NCBI GenBank assembly: GCA_021791715.1
Contig: JAJYWB010000009.1
Location: 41,272 to 105,271, forward strand
Length of the DNA stretch: 64,000 nt
Direction: 5' to 3'
Source: Planctomycetota bacterium
GTDB taxonomy: Bacteria; Planctomycetota; Planctomycetia; Isosphaerales; Isosphaeraceae
Shown here in pieces: positions 47,522-56,982 of the stretch. Under the pieces are notes generated by a model. That model was given only the letters and a program-made list of their open reading frames with translations, was not told the origin of the DNA and did not search any database. The translations under genes and the position numbers were made by a program. Each line of letters begins with the position of its first letter. The first letter of the stretch is position 1.

Positions 47522-48041
47522 GGAAGAGATCTCCTCGATTCGGAAACACGCGAGACGCCGGAACGCGCGACACGACGCCGCTCGACATTGACGACTCGTC
47601 GAAAAACTCCGAAAAAACCGCGATTCCAAGGTGATTCGCTCGAGATCACAGTTTATTAGCTCATGTTCAAGAAATTTTAGTGAAATATCATGATTCGATG
47701 AATCCGATTGGAAATCGACCCGCACGCGATCGATGCGGCGAGATCGGGTCCGAGCCGAACGGCGCGGGAAATGGCTTCAAGACCGACCCCCGAACTCAAA
47801 TCGACGACCTTCCTCGTAAGAGAAAGCGTCGATTCGGCGGCGATCGTCACGGCAATTTTCCAAAGGCTGCGATTTCGAATCGCGGATCGAAAGCAACCGA
47901 AGGCTTGATTGAATCAAGCGGGCGATCAGCTCGATTGCGATCACTCGCATCATCGATGAACAACGCCCTCGCTTGGATGCATGCGTTCGATCACTCCGGA
48001 TTTTGTATGGCTTCGATTGCCGGCGACTTGATCTTCGCCGC

Positions 48042-48332
48042 GAGCGATGTTTCCAAAAATCAACACCATCGCGACAATCTATTCATGATATAAGACATTT
48101 TCCCTAGATAATCGCCGGCTAAACTCTGAAAAACAAGCGTTTTTATGCATCCCGAACCCGCGTGCAAAAAAATGAGAAAATCGGAAAACGGGTATTGCAA
48201 TCCAATGGCGCCGCCGTAACGTTATGGAATTTAGACCGATCGACGTGATTCGGATCTCCATGATTCACCAACCGATCGATCCTCTCTCGGGCGGGATTTT
48301 CATCGCCCCCGCGTCGTCTTCGGGTTTGGGTC
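48042..48332 (+). promoter_or_regulatory. conserved ~290-bp non-coding leader element, copy B (see 7211-7502)
   Basis: Colinear with copy A; 124 bp upstream of the ATG at 48456. The small ORFs overlapping it on both strands differ between the copies and are probably not coding. Confidence 0.8.
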
Positions 48333-48455
48333 GATCGTTAAGGATCATTCGATCATAGCGATGATTCCTTGCGAAAATAGGATTGGCCTCGTTCAATAAT
48401 CCTCAGCGCACCAAAACGTTCAATTTCGCGTACTTCCATTCGAATAGCGCTTTGA

Positions 48456-49535
48456 TTGAGGCTGGATGAAATGATAACGCATCATGATTCGGATTCCGGT
48501 TTTATAATCGATCAACCATCCTACATGATTGCTTTTTCGAGTGTACTCGCATTTGTTGTGATTTTGTCGATTATCCATTGCTTCGCACCACGATTATTGA
48601 GCAGATCGTCCACCATTCATGGAGACCGAACGCCTAAAATGGTGTTACCGGACGAACCTCTCATGTTATCACATCGAGTTCCCGGAGAACTGGTTGAAGG
48701 TACATTTAATATACGAAATGTCGGTAAGGCGCCGTTGGAATATCAGCTCTTTCCATCGTGTGGTTGCGTCATCCTCACCCCGCTCGATGGACGGATAGCA
48801 TCCTCAGAATTCCAGCCTATTCGCGTCGGAATGAAAACACTGGGATACGGTCAGGAAAAAAGTGTTCTCATTCACCTCAAAACAAACGATCTATCGTTGG
48901 TTGAGACTGATTATCGTGTTACAGCATTCTGTCCGTCGCCTCTTGAAACGACTCCGAGTGTGATCAATTTGGGGAGGATACCACCGGCTGTCGAGAAAAA
49001 CATTCGATTGACAGTCGCTTATAAGTCGGCTCAATCTTACGCGATGACGACTTCCAATCACGAGCGAATCGGGATGCACCGGATAAGCTCGAAGGGACTC
49101 GTTGACGAATGGGATCTAAGAATACATGCCGGATCAAAGATAGGATTTGTAACCGATCAGATCCGGATCGATATCGAAGGCTATTCGGTTCCGATGACGA
49201 TCCCAATCGTTGGAGAAATTGTCGATGAGATGATCATTTCTCCATCATATGTGGCCTTGATGAAGAAACAGAGAGGGAAAGGATATCGCGATGTGATTTT
49301 GATCGCGTCTCGGAGGGATGGCGAACCGTTTGGAAGAATCGACAGGATCGATAAACCTGATCATATCTTATTTCATGAGATAGATCGGGAAGAATCGATC
49401 AAACGTCGACGCATACGAGTCGAATTTCGCGGAGATCATCCGCAAGATTTATCGGAACCGTCGATCGTCCGCTTCTATTTTATGGGAATGAAACGGCCCG
49501 TGGTCGTTCGATTCCAGCCTTGCCGTGATCGTTGA
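48456..49535 (+). CDS. DUF1573-like secreted/membrane-anchored protein
   Basis: Signal anchor IAFSSVLAFVVILSII. 'GTFNIRNVGKAPLEYQLFPSCGCVILTP' matches the DUF1573 F.F.N.G..PL.I....SCGCT block. AT-richer than the genome average. Confidence 0.55.
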   Translation: MRLDEMITHHDSDSGFIIDQPSYMIAFSSVLAFVVILSIIHCFAPRLLSRSSTIHGDRTPKMVLPDEPLMLSHRVPGELVEGTFNIRNVGKAPLEYQLFPSCGCVILTPLDGRIASSEFQPIRVGMKTLGYGQEKSVLIHLKTNDLSLVETDYRVTAFCPSPLETTPSVINLGRIPPAVEKNIRLTVAYKSAQSYAMTTSNHERIGMHRISSKGLVDEWDLRIHAGSKIGFVTDQIRIDIEGYSVPMTIPIVGEIVDEMIISPSYVALMKKQRGKGYRDVILIASRRDGEPFGRIDRIDKPDHILFHEIDREESIKRRRIRVEFRGDHPQDLSEPSIVRFYFMGMKRPVVVRFQPCRDR

Positions 49536-49567
49536 CGTTGGACACGTTTCAACAAGGAGAGCAATCC

Positions 49568-50044
49568 ATGTCGGTTTCATCTTCGGCGCCAATTCGGATG
49601 ATCGTTATCGTCGGATTCATCGCATCGGCGAGTTTGGCGATTTTCGCCGCGGGATCTCCTCCCATCGGCCCGGCGAACTGCAAGACTTCGGGGAACAACT
49701 GCTCCGACTGCATGGTCACTCTTGAAGCGACACAAAACCAAATGTGCACGAATAACAACATCTTTAAAGGATGTTTTATCACTGTTTGCCAAGCGGCGTC
49801 ATTGAGTTCTGTGTCAATCTGCGTCTATAACGGCGCTCAAAAACCGCCTGGGTGCACGCCGAAGACGACGAACAATATGGCGTCATGCAGCAATTGCGCA
49901 TTTTCTCTATGCTCCTGCGCAACCGGGACAGGTACATGCCCTATCGCGGGATTCAATTCTTTAGGGAATTGTTTCATTCCTGGAGGCGGTTGCGCCGGGA
50001 TCACTGTACTTGGAACTTGGAATTCAATCCCTCAGTGTTCCTGA
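49568..50044 (+). CDS. small secreted cysteine-rich protein (about 17% Cys in the mature part)
   Basis: GGAG 8 bp upstream of the ATG at 49568. Signal MSVSSSAPIRMIVIVGFIASASLAIFAAG. Mature part is Cys/Gly/Asn/Thr/Ser-rich (CKTSGNNCSDC..., CSNCAFSLCSCATGTGTCP...). Confidence 0.5.
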   Translation: MSVSSSAPIRMIVIVGFIASASLAIFAAGSPPIGPANCKTSGNNCSDCMVTLEATQNQMCTNNNIFKGCFITVCQAASLSSVSICVYNGAQKPPGCTPKTTNNMASCSNCAFSLCSCATGTGTCPIAGFNSLGNCFIPGGGCAGITVLGTWNSIPQCS

Positions 50045-50166
50045 GCGTTCGAGTTGCACACCATCGTTCGATCGCCGATACACCTGGAAAGCTCTCGTAT
50101 CGGCGAATCCATTCATCATTCTCTTGAGTCAATCGCTCCGCTGAATGATCTATACAGGATTAAATC

Positions 50167-51327
50167 ATGAAGCAATCAAATCGATCGATCGTTGCTCTTT
50201 CCTCGATCTGTGTCTTTCTCGCGTCGATCGTCGTCGACCCGTCACGGTCGTTCGGCGATATCGACGACGTCGACGCGATCGTGTCCAATATTCGTTCGAG
50301 CGAAGCTTTATATAAGAACATCGAACTGCAATGGGTTTTTCAATATCGCCTGGGAGACGTGAAGTACATGATCAAAGACAAGACTTTAAAGAATTCCACC
50401 GAATTTGTACGAGTTGTGAAACAAGGCGATTATCTTTACAGCAAGTATAACGAGAGTAGTTATAGGATCGACAAACAAAGCAAGGATTTTCAGGTTGAGT
50501 GCGGATTCGACGGCGCGACGAGTCGAATCGTCGATCTCGGCGCAGCGGCGAACATCACCGACGAGGTATTCGATGGTAACTCGGTTCGAGAAGCCGATCC
50601 GTTTCGTATGCTAATGAAGTGGGATTATGTAAGACATCTTAACATAAGTTTATCAGCATTTTTATCAAGCGGAGAAAGCATCAAACAATACCATGGATAT
50701 GAGCATACAAATATTAAGATCGTTCACGAGCTAGACGAGACGATCGACGGACTCGATTGTATAAAACTTGGAATCTATTTATGGTTTATCGGAACGACTA
50801 TCGACGACGGACAGGTTACATATATTTGGCTGGCGCGTGAACGTAATCTGATTCCTGTCAAATACACGATGTACTTTCCAAAAGTGAGAAAGATTCATCC
50901 GACCTTGATCGGTTATTCGTCGGATTTTCGCGAGATCGCCCCCGGAGTCTGGTTTCCGCATCGATATGAGATTAATACATACGATAACGAGTATATGACT
51001 GAGGACAATAAGATTGTGAAAGGAAACAATCTATTGACCACGATCGTCAAAGCCGAACTCGATCCCGATTATCCGCGATCGTTTTTTCAAAATATCCCCA
51101 TTCCCGACGGGACCATGGTGTATGAGATCAAAAAGAAAGAGACGGTCGCCAAGTATGTTCAGGGATTACCGCGTAAGATTCATCCCAATGACAATGCGCG
51201 ATCATCGGCGAGCATTTGGCTGGTAATCGGCGCGATCGTCTCTTTTTCGATCGCATTCGTCGCCTGGAAACGAATCTCGCGTCGAGTGCCGATCGTTCCG
51301 ATCGATCCATTCGATACAAAAGCGTAA
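50167..51327 (+). CDS. hypothetical secreted protein with C-terminal TM anchor and basic tail (paralog of 51874-52920)
   Basis: Signal IVALSSICVFLASIVV. C-terminus 'IWLVIGAIVSFSIAFVAWKRISRRVP'. Shares 'C.FDG...+IVD' and overall architecture with the next gene but one. Confidence 0.5.
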   Translation: MKQSNRSIVALSSICVFLASIVVDPSRSFGDIDDVDAIVSNIRSSEALYKNIELQWVFQYRLGDVKYMIKDKTLKNSTEFVRVVKQGDYLYSKYNESSYRIDKQSKDFQVECGFDGATSRIVDLGAAANITDEVFDGNSVREADPFRMLMKWDYVRHLNISLSAFLSSGESIKQYHGYEHTNIKIVHELDETIDGLDCIKLGIYLWFIGTTIDDGQVTYIWLARERNLIPVKYTMYFPKVRKIHPTLIGYSSDFREIAPGVWFPHRYEINTYDNEYMTEDNKIVKGNNLLTTIVKAELDPDYPRSFFQNIPIPDGTMVYEIKKKETVAKYVQGLPRKIHPNDNARSSASIWLVIGAIVSFSIAFVAWKRISRRVPIVPIDPFDTKA

Positions 51328-51679
51328 CAGTCATCCGCATACGGATAATACCCGGAAGCTCATAACATAGTATTGGACCGGGGTTTGATCGTCACTCTTC
51401 GGGTTTGAACCGTATTTGAAAGAAAAGGTTGGATCGATATGTCGCCGAACGGATATTCAAGGATGATTGATCGTTAACGAATTGACCCAGGGATTCATCC
51501 CGGCCCGAGATCTCCCACCCCCGCGGACTGGATGCCGGTAAAACAGGGAACCGGGTTGATCGGAAAAAAAGCTACCAAGATCAACAAGATCCGTAGCTTG
51601 ATCGATTCGAATGTCTTATCAACTCATCCCTCGAGACTCTCCACAACACCGAAATGGTTACTCCCAGCCTTGAATGCAT

Positions 51680-51808
51680 TCCAACGAATTGGGGTCGATC
51701 AAACCCGCGATTTCCCTTATGATCGTACGGTATCGAGAACCCGCGTGAAAGTTCGGTCAAGGAAGACAAGGCGATGCTCGCAGGGATACGCGACGAGACG
51801 ATCGATCA
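51680..51808 (+). promoter_or_regulatory. ~130-bp duplicate of the leader and first 11 codons of the GT39 gene at 53549, placed upstream of the gene at 51874
   Basis: Near-identical to 53457-53588: 'tccaacgaattggggtcgatc...atcgagaacccgcgtgaaagttcggtcaaggaagacaaggcgATGctcgcagggatacgcgacgagacgatcgatca'. The copied reading frame (MLAGIRDETID...) runs into a different frame from the downstream gene. Confidence 0.8.
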
Positions 51809-51873
51809 AGACCCCCGATCGACGACCCGATGTACATCGACGAAACTCCCATTTGTCAGAAACGAGATATATT

Positions 51874-52920
51874 ATGAACCTTATTATGATTATTGCGACG
51901 ATCTTCGCCGCGGTATCGGGCGAGAAGCCCGGTCATACCGACTCGACGTTGTCGCGATGCGTGAGAGAGCGAATGACCGTCGATTCGGGAGAACTGATCA
52001 TCAAAGCAAAATTCCTCGTGCTCAAAGACATCCCCCAGGCGCAAGGCTCTTCGCGGAAATTCCACATTTGGTTCCAATCTTATCCAAAGATGTATCGATT
52101 TGATATTGAAGTTGAGAATGATCGCGATTACGACAAAAGCTTTCATTCCGAGCGATTCTGTTATGACGGCACGATATTTAAAATCGTCGACGATATGAAT
52201 TCCCATAAACCGCTTCGCCAATATTCCTACATTCCGAATCCGGCTCCGAGCGTCTTCGACCCGAGAATACTAGGTCTACACTTCGGTCCGATCTTATGGA
52301 TGGCGCCGTTCCATCTCGATGGCCTTCTTAAACTTATTGATGAATCTACATTAGTCGAATCAACCCGATCGAACGGCGGCAAGAGAGAGATTTATATCGC
52401 GGATAAAGAACGTAAACTCATATATGATTTTGATGATAACGGCCAACCCGCCGCGGCGGAATACTTACGTGGAGAAGGAGGGTCGGAGGAACATTACAAG
52501 TTGGATATCACGACGCAAGTTTACAAAAACACACTACATTTTCCGAAATCGATTCACCTCGTCGAGTACAAGGGGTCGACGGTCCAAACAGATGAAAAAA
52601 TAGATATTGATGTGATTCAACTCAATGAGCGTCTCGATTCGTCGGTGTTCTCTTGGAAATCTCTCTCACCCAAACCCGGTTCGAGGCTTGTCTTCGATCA
52701 CGATTACAAGACGCAATCGGTATACTGGAACGGCGAGCGAATCCAGAACATTCCCAAGGAGCTTTTACACAATCTTTCAGCCGATTTGATGCGGTATGAA
52801 TATCGATCATGGAGGCGGATCATCGTCGCAGCCTGTCTCCTCGTCGTCTCCGTATTTTTACTAATCGCGTATCGATACCGATTAAAACGTTCCCGTCTCC
52901 CACGAAACAACGTCGAGTAG
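51874..52920 (+). CDS. hypothetical secreted protein with C-terminal TM anchor and basic tail (paralog of 50167-51327)
   Basis: Signal MNLIMIIATIFAAVSG. C-terminus 'IIVAACLLVVSVFLLIAYRYRLKRSRLP'. The ORF-track start at 51532 is upstream of a more plausible ATG at 51874. Confidence 0.5.
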   Translation: MNLIMIIATIFAAVSGEKPGHTDSTLSRCVRERMTVDSGELIIKAKFLVLKDIPQAQGSSRKFHIWFQSYPKMYRFDIEVENDRDYDKSFHSERFCYDGTIFKIVDDMNSHKPLRQYSYIPNPAPSVFDPRILGLHFGPILWMAPFHLDGLLKLIDESTLVESTRSNGGKREIYIADKERKLIYDFDDNGQPAAAEYLRGEGGSEEHYKLDITTQVYKNTLHFPKSIHLVEYKGSTVQTDEKIDIDVIQLNERLDSSVFSWKSLSPKPGSRLVFDHDYKTQSVYWNGERIQNIPKELLHNLSADLMRYEYRSWRRIIVAACLLVVSVFLLIAYRYRLKRSRLPRNNVE

Positions 52921-53548
52921 TTTCCCCGCGATTGAATTACGGTCGTCTCGATCGATCCTCGTGTTTGATTCTCGTCGTCTCGACGGATCGATCACCATCG
53001 TCTCGAAGGCGTTCCAGAAGAAACGCCGAGATTTTTGCGGAATTTGTGCGAGAATCTTCAATCGAGTCCGCAAATCGTGTTCTTCCAAATGGATCCGTCG
53101 ATTTTCAAGTCGTGATTTATCTTCGTTCCCTCATGGAATTATCCAATTGAGAGTCGTCGCGAAGTCGCGCCCCGAGCAACAAGAATAACTAGATATTTTA
53201 TATTAATAGTTTCTAGTTCTGATTGACGGGAATTGATCCACGGTTCATCTCGCCCAGATCGTTTTGATGGATCTTTTCATAAATCCACCAGGAGGCGCCG
53301 GTTTTTTTCCATCTTTCGCCGTCGCGATATACCTCATAAGAACAATTAATCTTTGATCCTATTACGAATCCGCGATTGTTCGGCTTTTGTAATATCTCTT
53401 AACCTGCGTCTCGATCCGAACCCAACATGGCCGCACACATCCATTCCTTGAGTCGATCCAACGAATTGGGGTCGATCGATCCCGCGATTTCCCATATAAT
53501 CGAATTATCGAGAACCCGCGTGAAAGTTCGGTCAAGGAAGACAAGGCG

Positions 53549-55225
53549 ATGCTCGCAGGGATACGCGACGAGACGATCGATCATGATTCCAGATCGGCGA
53601 TCACGCGACTCATTCGATCGAATCCGGCCGCGGCGCTCGCGGCGCTCGTCGTCGTTTCGGCGACGGTTCGATTAATCCTCGCAATCGTCGCCCCTCTCGG
53701 CAACGACGAAGCATATCACTATTTATTTACAGTTCATCGCGATTGGAGCTATTTCGATCATCCGCCGATGACGGCGTGGGTTGAAGATTTGGGCCTCGCG
53801 GTCGCTGGGGGACGCGTTTCGGCGATCGCGCTGCGGCTGGGGTTCATCGCGCTCTTCGCGGGATCGACCTGGCTTTTAGCGAGGCTCACGAATCGATTAT
53901 TCGGCGGCGATCGACCATACGCGGGTTTCCTGGCGGCTTTGGCGCTCAACGTCACCGCTTATTACGGAGCGGCCGCGGCGACGTTCGCTCTCCCCGACGG
54001 CCCGCTCCTCTTCTTTTGGCTCCTCACGCTCGATCAACTCGACAGGGCGCGGCGGAAACCCGAATCGATCACGCGCTGGGTCGGCGTCGGCCTCGCTTGG
54101 GGCGGCGCGCTCTTAAGCAAATACCACGCGGTTTTTCTTCCCGTCGGTATGTTCATTTATCTTCTTATAGAACCTTCGGCGCGACGCTTGTTTCTTAAAC
54201 CGGGACCGTATCTGGCGATCGTGATCGGTATCCTCGCGTTTTCGCCGGCGATTTACTGGAATTATGAACACGGATGGGCTTCGTTTTTGTTTCAGGGGGG
54301 TCGCGCGGCGGGATCGGCGCTGTTTCGGCCCGATCTCCTGGCGCGGGCGATCGGCGAACAGGCTCTTTATTTATTGCCGTGGATCTGGTGGCCGCTCGTC
54401 GTCGCGCTGGTTCATGGGGTTCGGTCGGCGACGCGGCGCGACGGGTCGAACGAGCGATTTCTGACGAGCCAGGCGATCGTTCCGCTGTTGCTTTTCGCGT
54501 GGGTCGCTTGCCGAGGGAGGGTGCTGCCGCATTGGTCGCTGATCGGGTTCGTTTCGATCTTTCCCTTGCTCGGCGCGGCGCTCGCCGATCGGCTCGCGAC
54601 CGAACCCAAAAGACTCAAAACCAAACTTATCGTCGCGTGCTTATTACCAGTTCTATTTATATTAGCATTTATGACGATAACTTCAAGTCGATTATTGGAA
54701 AGGGTTAAGCCGGCACGTCTGGGCGAGATCGCGGCGAGCGCCGATCCGTTGTTGGACCAGGAGGGTTGGAGCGAGTTGAGCAGGGTTCTCAGGGATCGGG
54801 GGGTGTTAAACGATCCCGCGGTATTCCTGGTGACGACGCGGTGGTATCAGAGCGGCCAGCTCGCGTATGCGACGCGTCGCGGCGGGGATATCGCGTGTTA
54901 CAGCGCGTTCGACGCGCGCGGGTTCGCTTATTGGAACAGGCCCGAGGAATGGGTGGGTCGCGATGCGATTTTGGTGACGGTCGACGATACGACGACCGAT
55001 CCCGAGCTGATGAGGCCCTGGTTTGATCGGATCGACCCGATCGCGCAGGTGACGCTCGAGCGATCGGGGAAGCGGGTTCGAACGTTGAACGCATTTCGAT
55101 GCGTCCGTCAACGCGTTCCGTTTCCGTATGCGAACGTATCGGCGCGGGAGATTCGTCGGCGGGTGATCGCCGGGAGAGGTGCGTTGCATTCGACGAGCGA
55201 CGCGAACGAGCGGGTTCGGAAGTAA
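53549..55225 (+). CDS. glycosyltransferase family 39 (ArnT / protein-O-mannosyltransferase-like, polytopic)
   Basis: 'GNDEAYHYLFTVHRDWSYFDHPPMTAWV' matches the ArnT/PMT 'DEayY...a...w..yfdhPP' loop-1 signature. ~11 predicted TM helices. C-terminal soluble domain. Confidence 0.75.
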   Translation: MLAGIRDETIDHDSRSAITRLIRSNPAAALAALVVVSATVRLILAIVAPLGNDEAYHYLFTVHRDWSYFDHPPMTAWVEDLGLAVAGGRVSAIALRLGFIALFAGSTWLLARLTNRLFGGDRPYAGFLAALALNVTAYYGAAAATFALPDGPLLFFWLLTLDQLDRARRKPESITRWVGVGLAWGGALLSKYHAVFLPVGMFIYLLIEPSARRLFLKPGPYLAIVIGILAFSPAIYWNYEHGWASFLFQGGRAAGSALFRPDLLARAIGEQALYLLPWIWWPLVVALVHGVRSATRRDGSNERFLTSQAIVPLLLFAWVACRGRVLPHWSLIGFVSIFPLLGAALADRLATEPKRLKTKLIVACLLPVLFILAFMTITSSRLLERVKPARLGEIAASADPLLDQEGWSELSRVLRDRGVLNDPAVFLVTTRWYQSGQLAYATRRGGDIACYSAFDARGFAYWNRPEEWVGRDAILVTVDDTTTDPELMRPWFDRIDPIAQVTLERSGKRVRTLNAFRCVRQRVPFPYANVSAREIRRRVIAGRGALHSTSDANERVRK

Positions 55226-55313
55226 CGCGGTTTGAGCCGATCGTCGATCTCGAGACGCGGTTTCGGGGGATCGACGCGAGGTTTTTCGACGCGGGGCGTG
55301 CGATTCGATTTTC

Positions 55314-56858
55314 ATGTCGAAAGGTTTGCGGTCTTCCGGCGTGGAAGTTGCTAGAATACGGGCCGAGCGGAGGGCGCTCGGACTCGAGGGCTTCATGATC
55401 GTACGCGACCGACACGACGGATCAATCGACAACGCCGCGATCTCGGCCGGAGACGCGACCAAGGGGCGCGCGTCCAAAGTGATCGGTTTATACCAGATCA
55501 TGCTCAAGCGAGTTCTTGAGCATTTTTTTCCAGAAGGTCGATTGGATCCCGCGGAGGATCGGAGTTCGATCGAGTTCGATTGGGGGGGTAGGCGGGCGAA
55601 TTTCGTGATCGGCGAGGATCCCGACGGATTGGGGGTATCGATCGAGTGGTTTCGCTCGCGTTATTTTTTTCGGCCGACGAGTCCGACGCCTTTTTCGGCT
55701 TCGGAGCGTCGGCTGATTCAGGTCGCGGCGCACGTGCTCGACGCTCGGTTTCGGACGATGTTTGATTTGGGGACGGCGACGCGTCCCGAGCTGTTTCATT
55801 ACGCGGTCGAGGATTTCGTCGTCGGCGAGTTTCTCAGTCCGCCGAATTTATTAAGGGTGCCGATCGCGCTCGAGACGTTGCGCGTGGCGGCTTTATCAAC
55901 GTACGAGGCGCGGCGGGTATCGACGGGGGTGATGTTGTTGGGGACGACGCACGATCCTTCGTTCCCGCGGCACGGCGTTCCGGAATCGGCGACGCCTTTC
56001 GATATACGTTTATCTTCGCTCAAGAGCTTTCATCGTCTGTGCGACGGCCTGAGAACGCTGTTTTTGGTGAATCGCGACGGGATGTTGGGTTCGGTGGTCG
56101 ACGTCGAGCGGTGGTCGCGGCGGGTCGAGTTCGACGAGCCGAACATCGCGTGTTGTCCACGTATTTACGCGCATCATTCACGAGCGACATTATCAGGTCA
56201 GCATATCGGGATGGTATTAACACCTTGGCAAGAGATCAAGGTGTTCGCGGGGGGGCAGTTGGCGTTCGCGTTCAGCGACGCGCGGTGGCGTTTGCTCGAT
56301 ATACCCGCGAAGTTCGCGGTTTGGAAGCAAGCCGCGGGGGAGACGACGCCTTCGGATCTGGCGGATCGGATTTTCCACGCGGCGCTGAATTTAAGCGAGG
56401 ATCATATCGGCGCGTTGATCGTGGTGTTGCGCGATCCCGAACATTCGTTCACGCGACTCGTCGCTCCCGGGGATCGGATTCACGACGGCGCGGCGCGAGC
56501 CGGCGACGACGACGCGGAGCAAGAGGGGGGGTTCCACGGTTTTTCCTCGCAACAGATCGCGGGGAAGCACTTGTTGCATCAACTTGTGAGAGATCAGAAC
56601 ATCGACGACATGGATCCCGCGGTGTTGGAGGCGCTGGCGGGGGTCGACGGCGCGGTGGTGACCGATCGTCGCGGCAGGCTCTTGTCGTTCGGTGCGATTC
56701 TGCGAATTCCACCCGAAACGATGCTGCCGGCCCGCGCCGTCGAGGGCGCCCGCACGACGGCTTCGCTCGTCGCCTCGTTCTACGGACCCGTGCTCAAGGT
56801 GAGCGAGGACGGCTTTCTCACGATGTATCTCGGCGGTCGGCGCATCTGGGAGATTTAA
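55314..56858 (+). CDS. protein with C-terminal DisA_N (diadenylate cyclase, DAC)-like domain carrying a degenerate RHR motif; N-terminal ~330 aa unknown
   Basis: 'SEDHIGALIVVLRDPE', 'VDGAVVTDRRGRLLSFGAILRI' (DGA motif present), 'GARTTASLVASFYGPVLKVSEDGFLTMY'. This aligns with the CdaA/DisA DAC domain, but the canonical GTRHRAA is GARTTAS here. Confidence 0.55.
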   Translation: MSKGLRSSGVEVARIRAERRALGLEGFMIVRDRHDGSIDNAAISAGDATKGRASKVIGLYQIMLKRVLEHFFPEGRLDPAEDRSSIEFDWGGRRANFVIGEDPDGLGVSIEWFRSRYFFRPTSPTPFSASERRLIQVAAHVLDARFRTMFDLGTATRPELFHYAVEDFVVGEFLSPPNLLRVPIALETLRVAALSTYEARRVSTGVMLLGTTHDPSFPRHGVPESATPFDIRLSSLKSFHRLCDGLRTLFLVNRDGMLGSVVDVERWSRRVEFDEPNIACCPRIYAHHSRATLSGQHIGMVLTPWQEIKVFAGGQLAFAFSDARWRLLDIPAKFAVWKQAAGETTPSDLADRIFHAALNLSEDHIGALIVVLRDPEHSFTRLVAPGDRIHDGAARAGDDDAEQEGGFHGFSSQQIAGKHLLHQLVRDQNIDDMDPAVLEALAGVDGAVVTDRRGRLLSFGAILRIPPETMLPARAVEGARTTASLVASFYGPVLKVSEDGFLTMYLGGRRIWEI

Positions 56859-56982
56859 TTCGTCGAAACCGGGTTCTTACAAGCGAGTGATCGGTTGCCG
56901 TTCGAGTTCGCGGGCGCGATAATCCGGTTTGATCGCGCCGGCTATCCGCGATATTTTATTGTTTATATGGAGTATTAATATT

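Noticed and set aside
47680-48261. Small ORFs on both strands overlapping leader copy B (and the analogous ones at 6951-7370 over copy A)
   Set aside because: Frames and lengths are not conserved between the two copies although the nucleotide sequence is. Conservation is therefore non-coding.
7211-48332. 41-kb segment bounded by the two direct leader copies as a genomic island or composite transposon
   Set aside because: The interior is dominated by housekeeping genes (PFOR, phosphohexomutase, ExbBD, flotillin, tRNA-His). There are no integrase, transposase or terminal inverted repeats. The copies are better explained as a reused regulatory leader.
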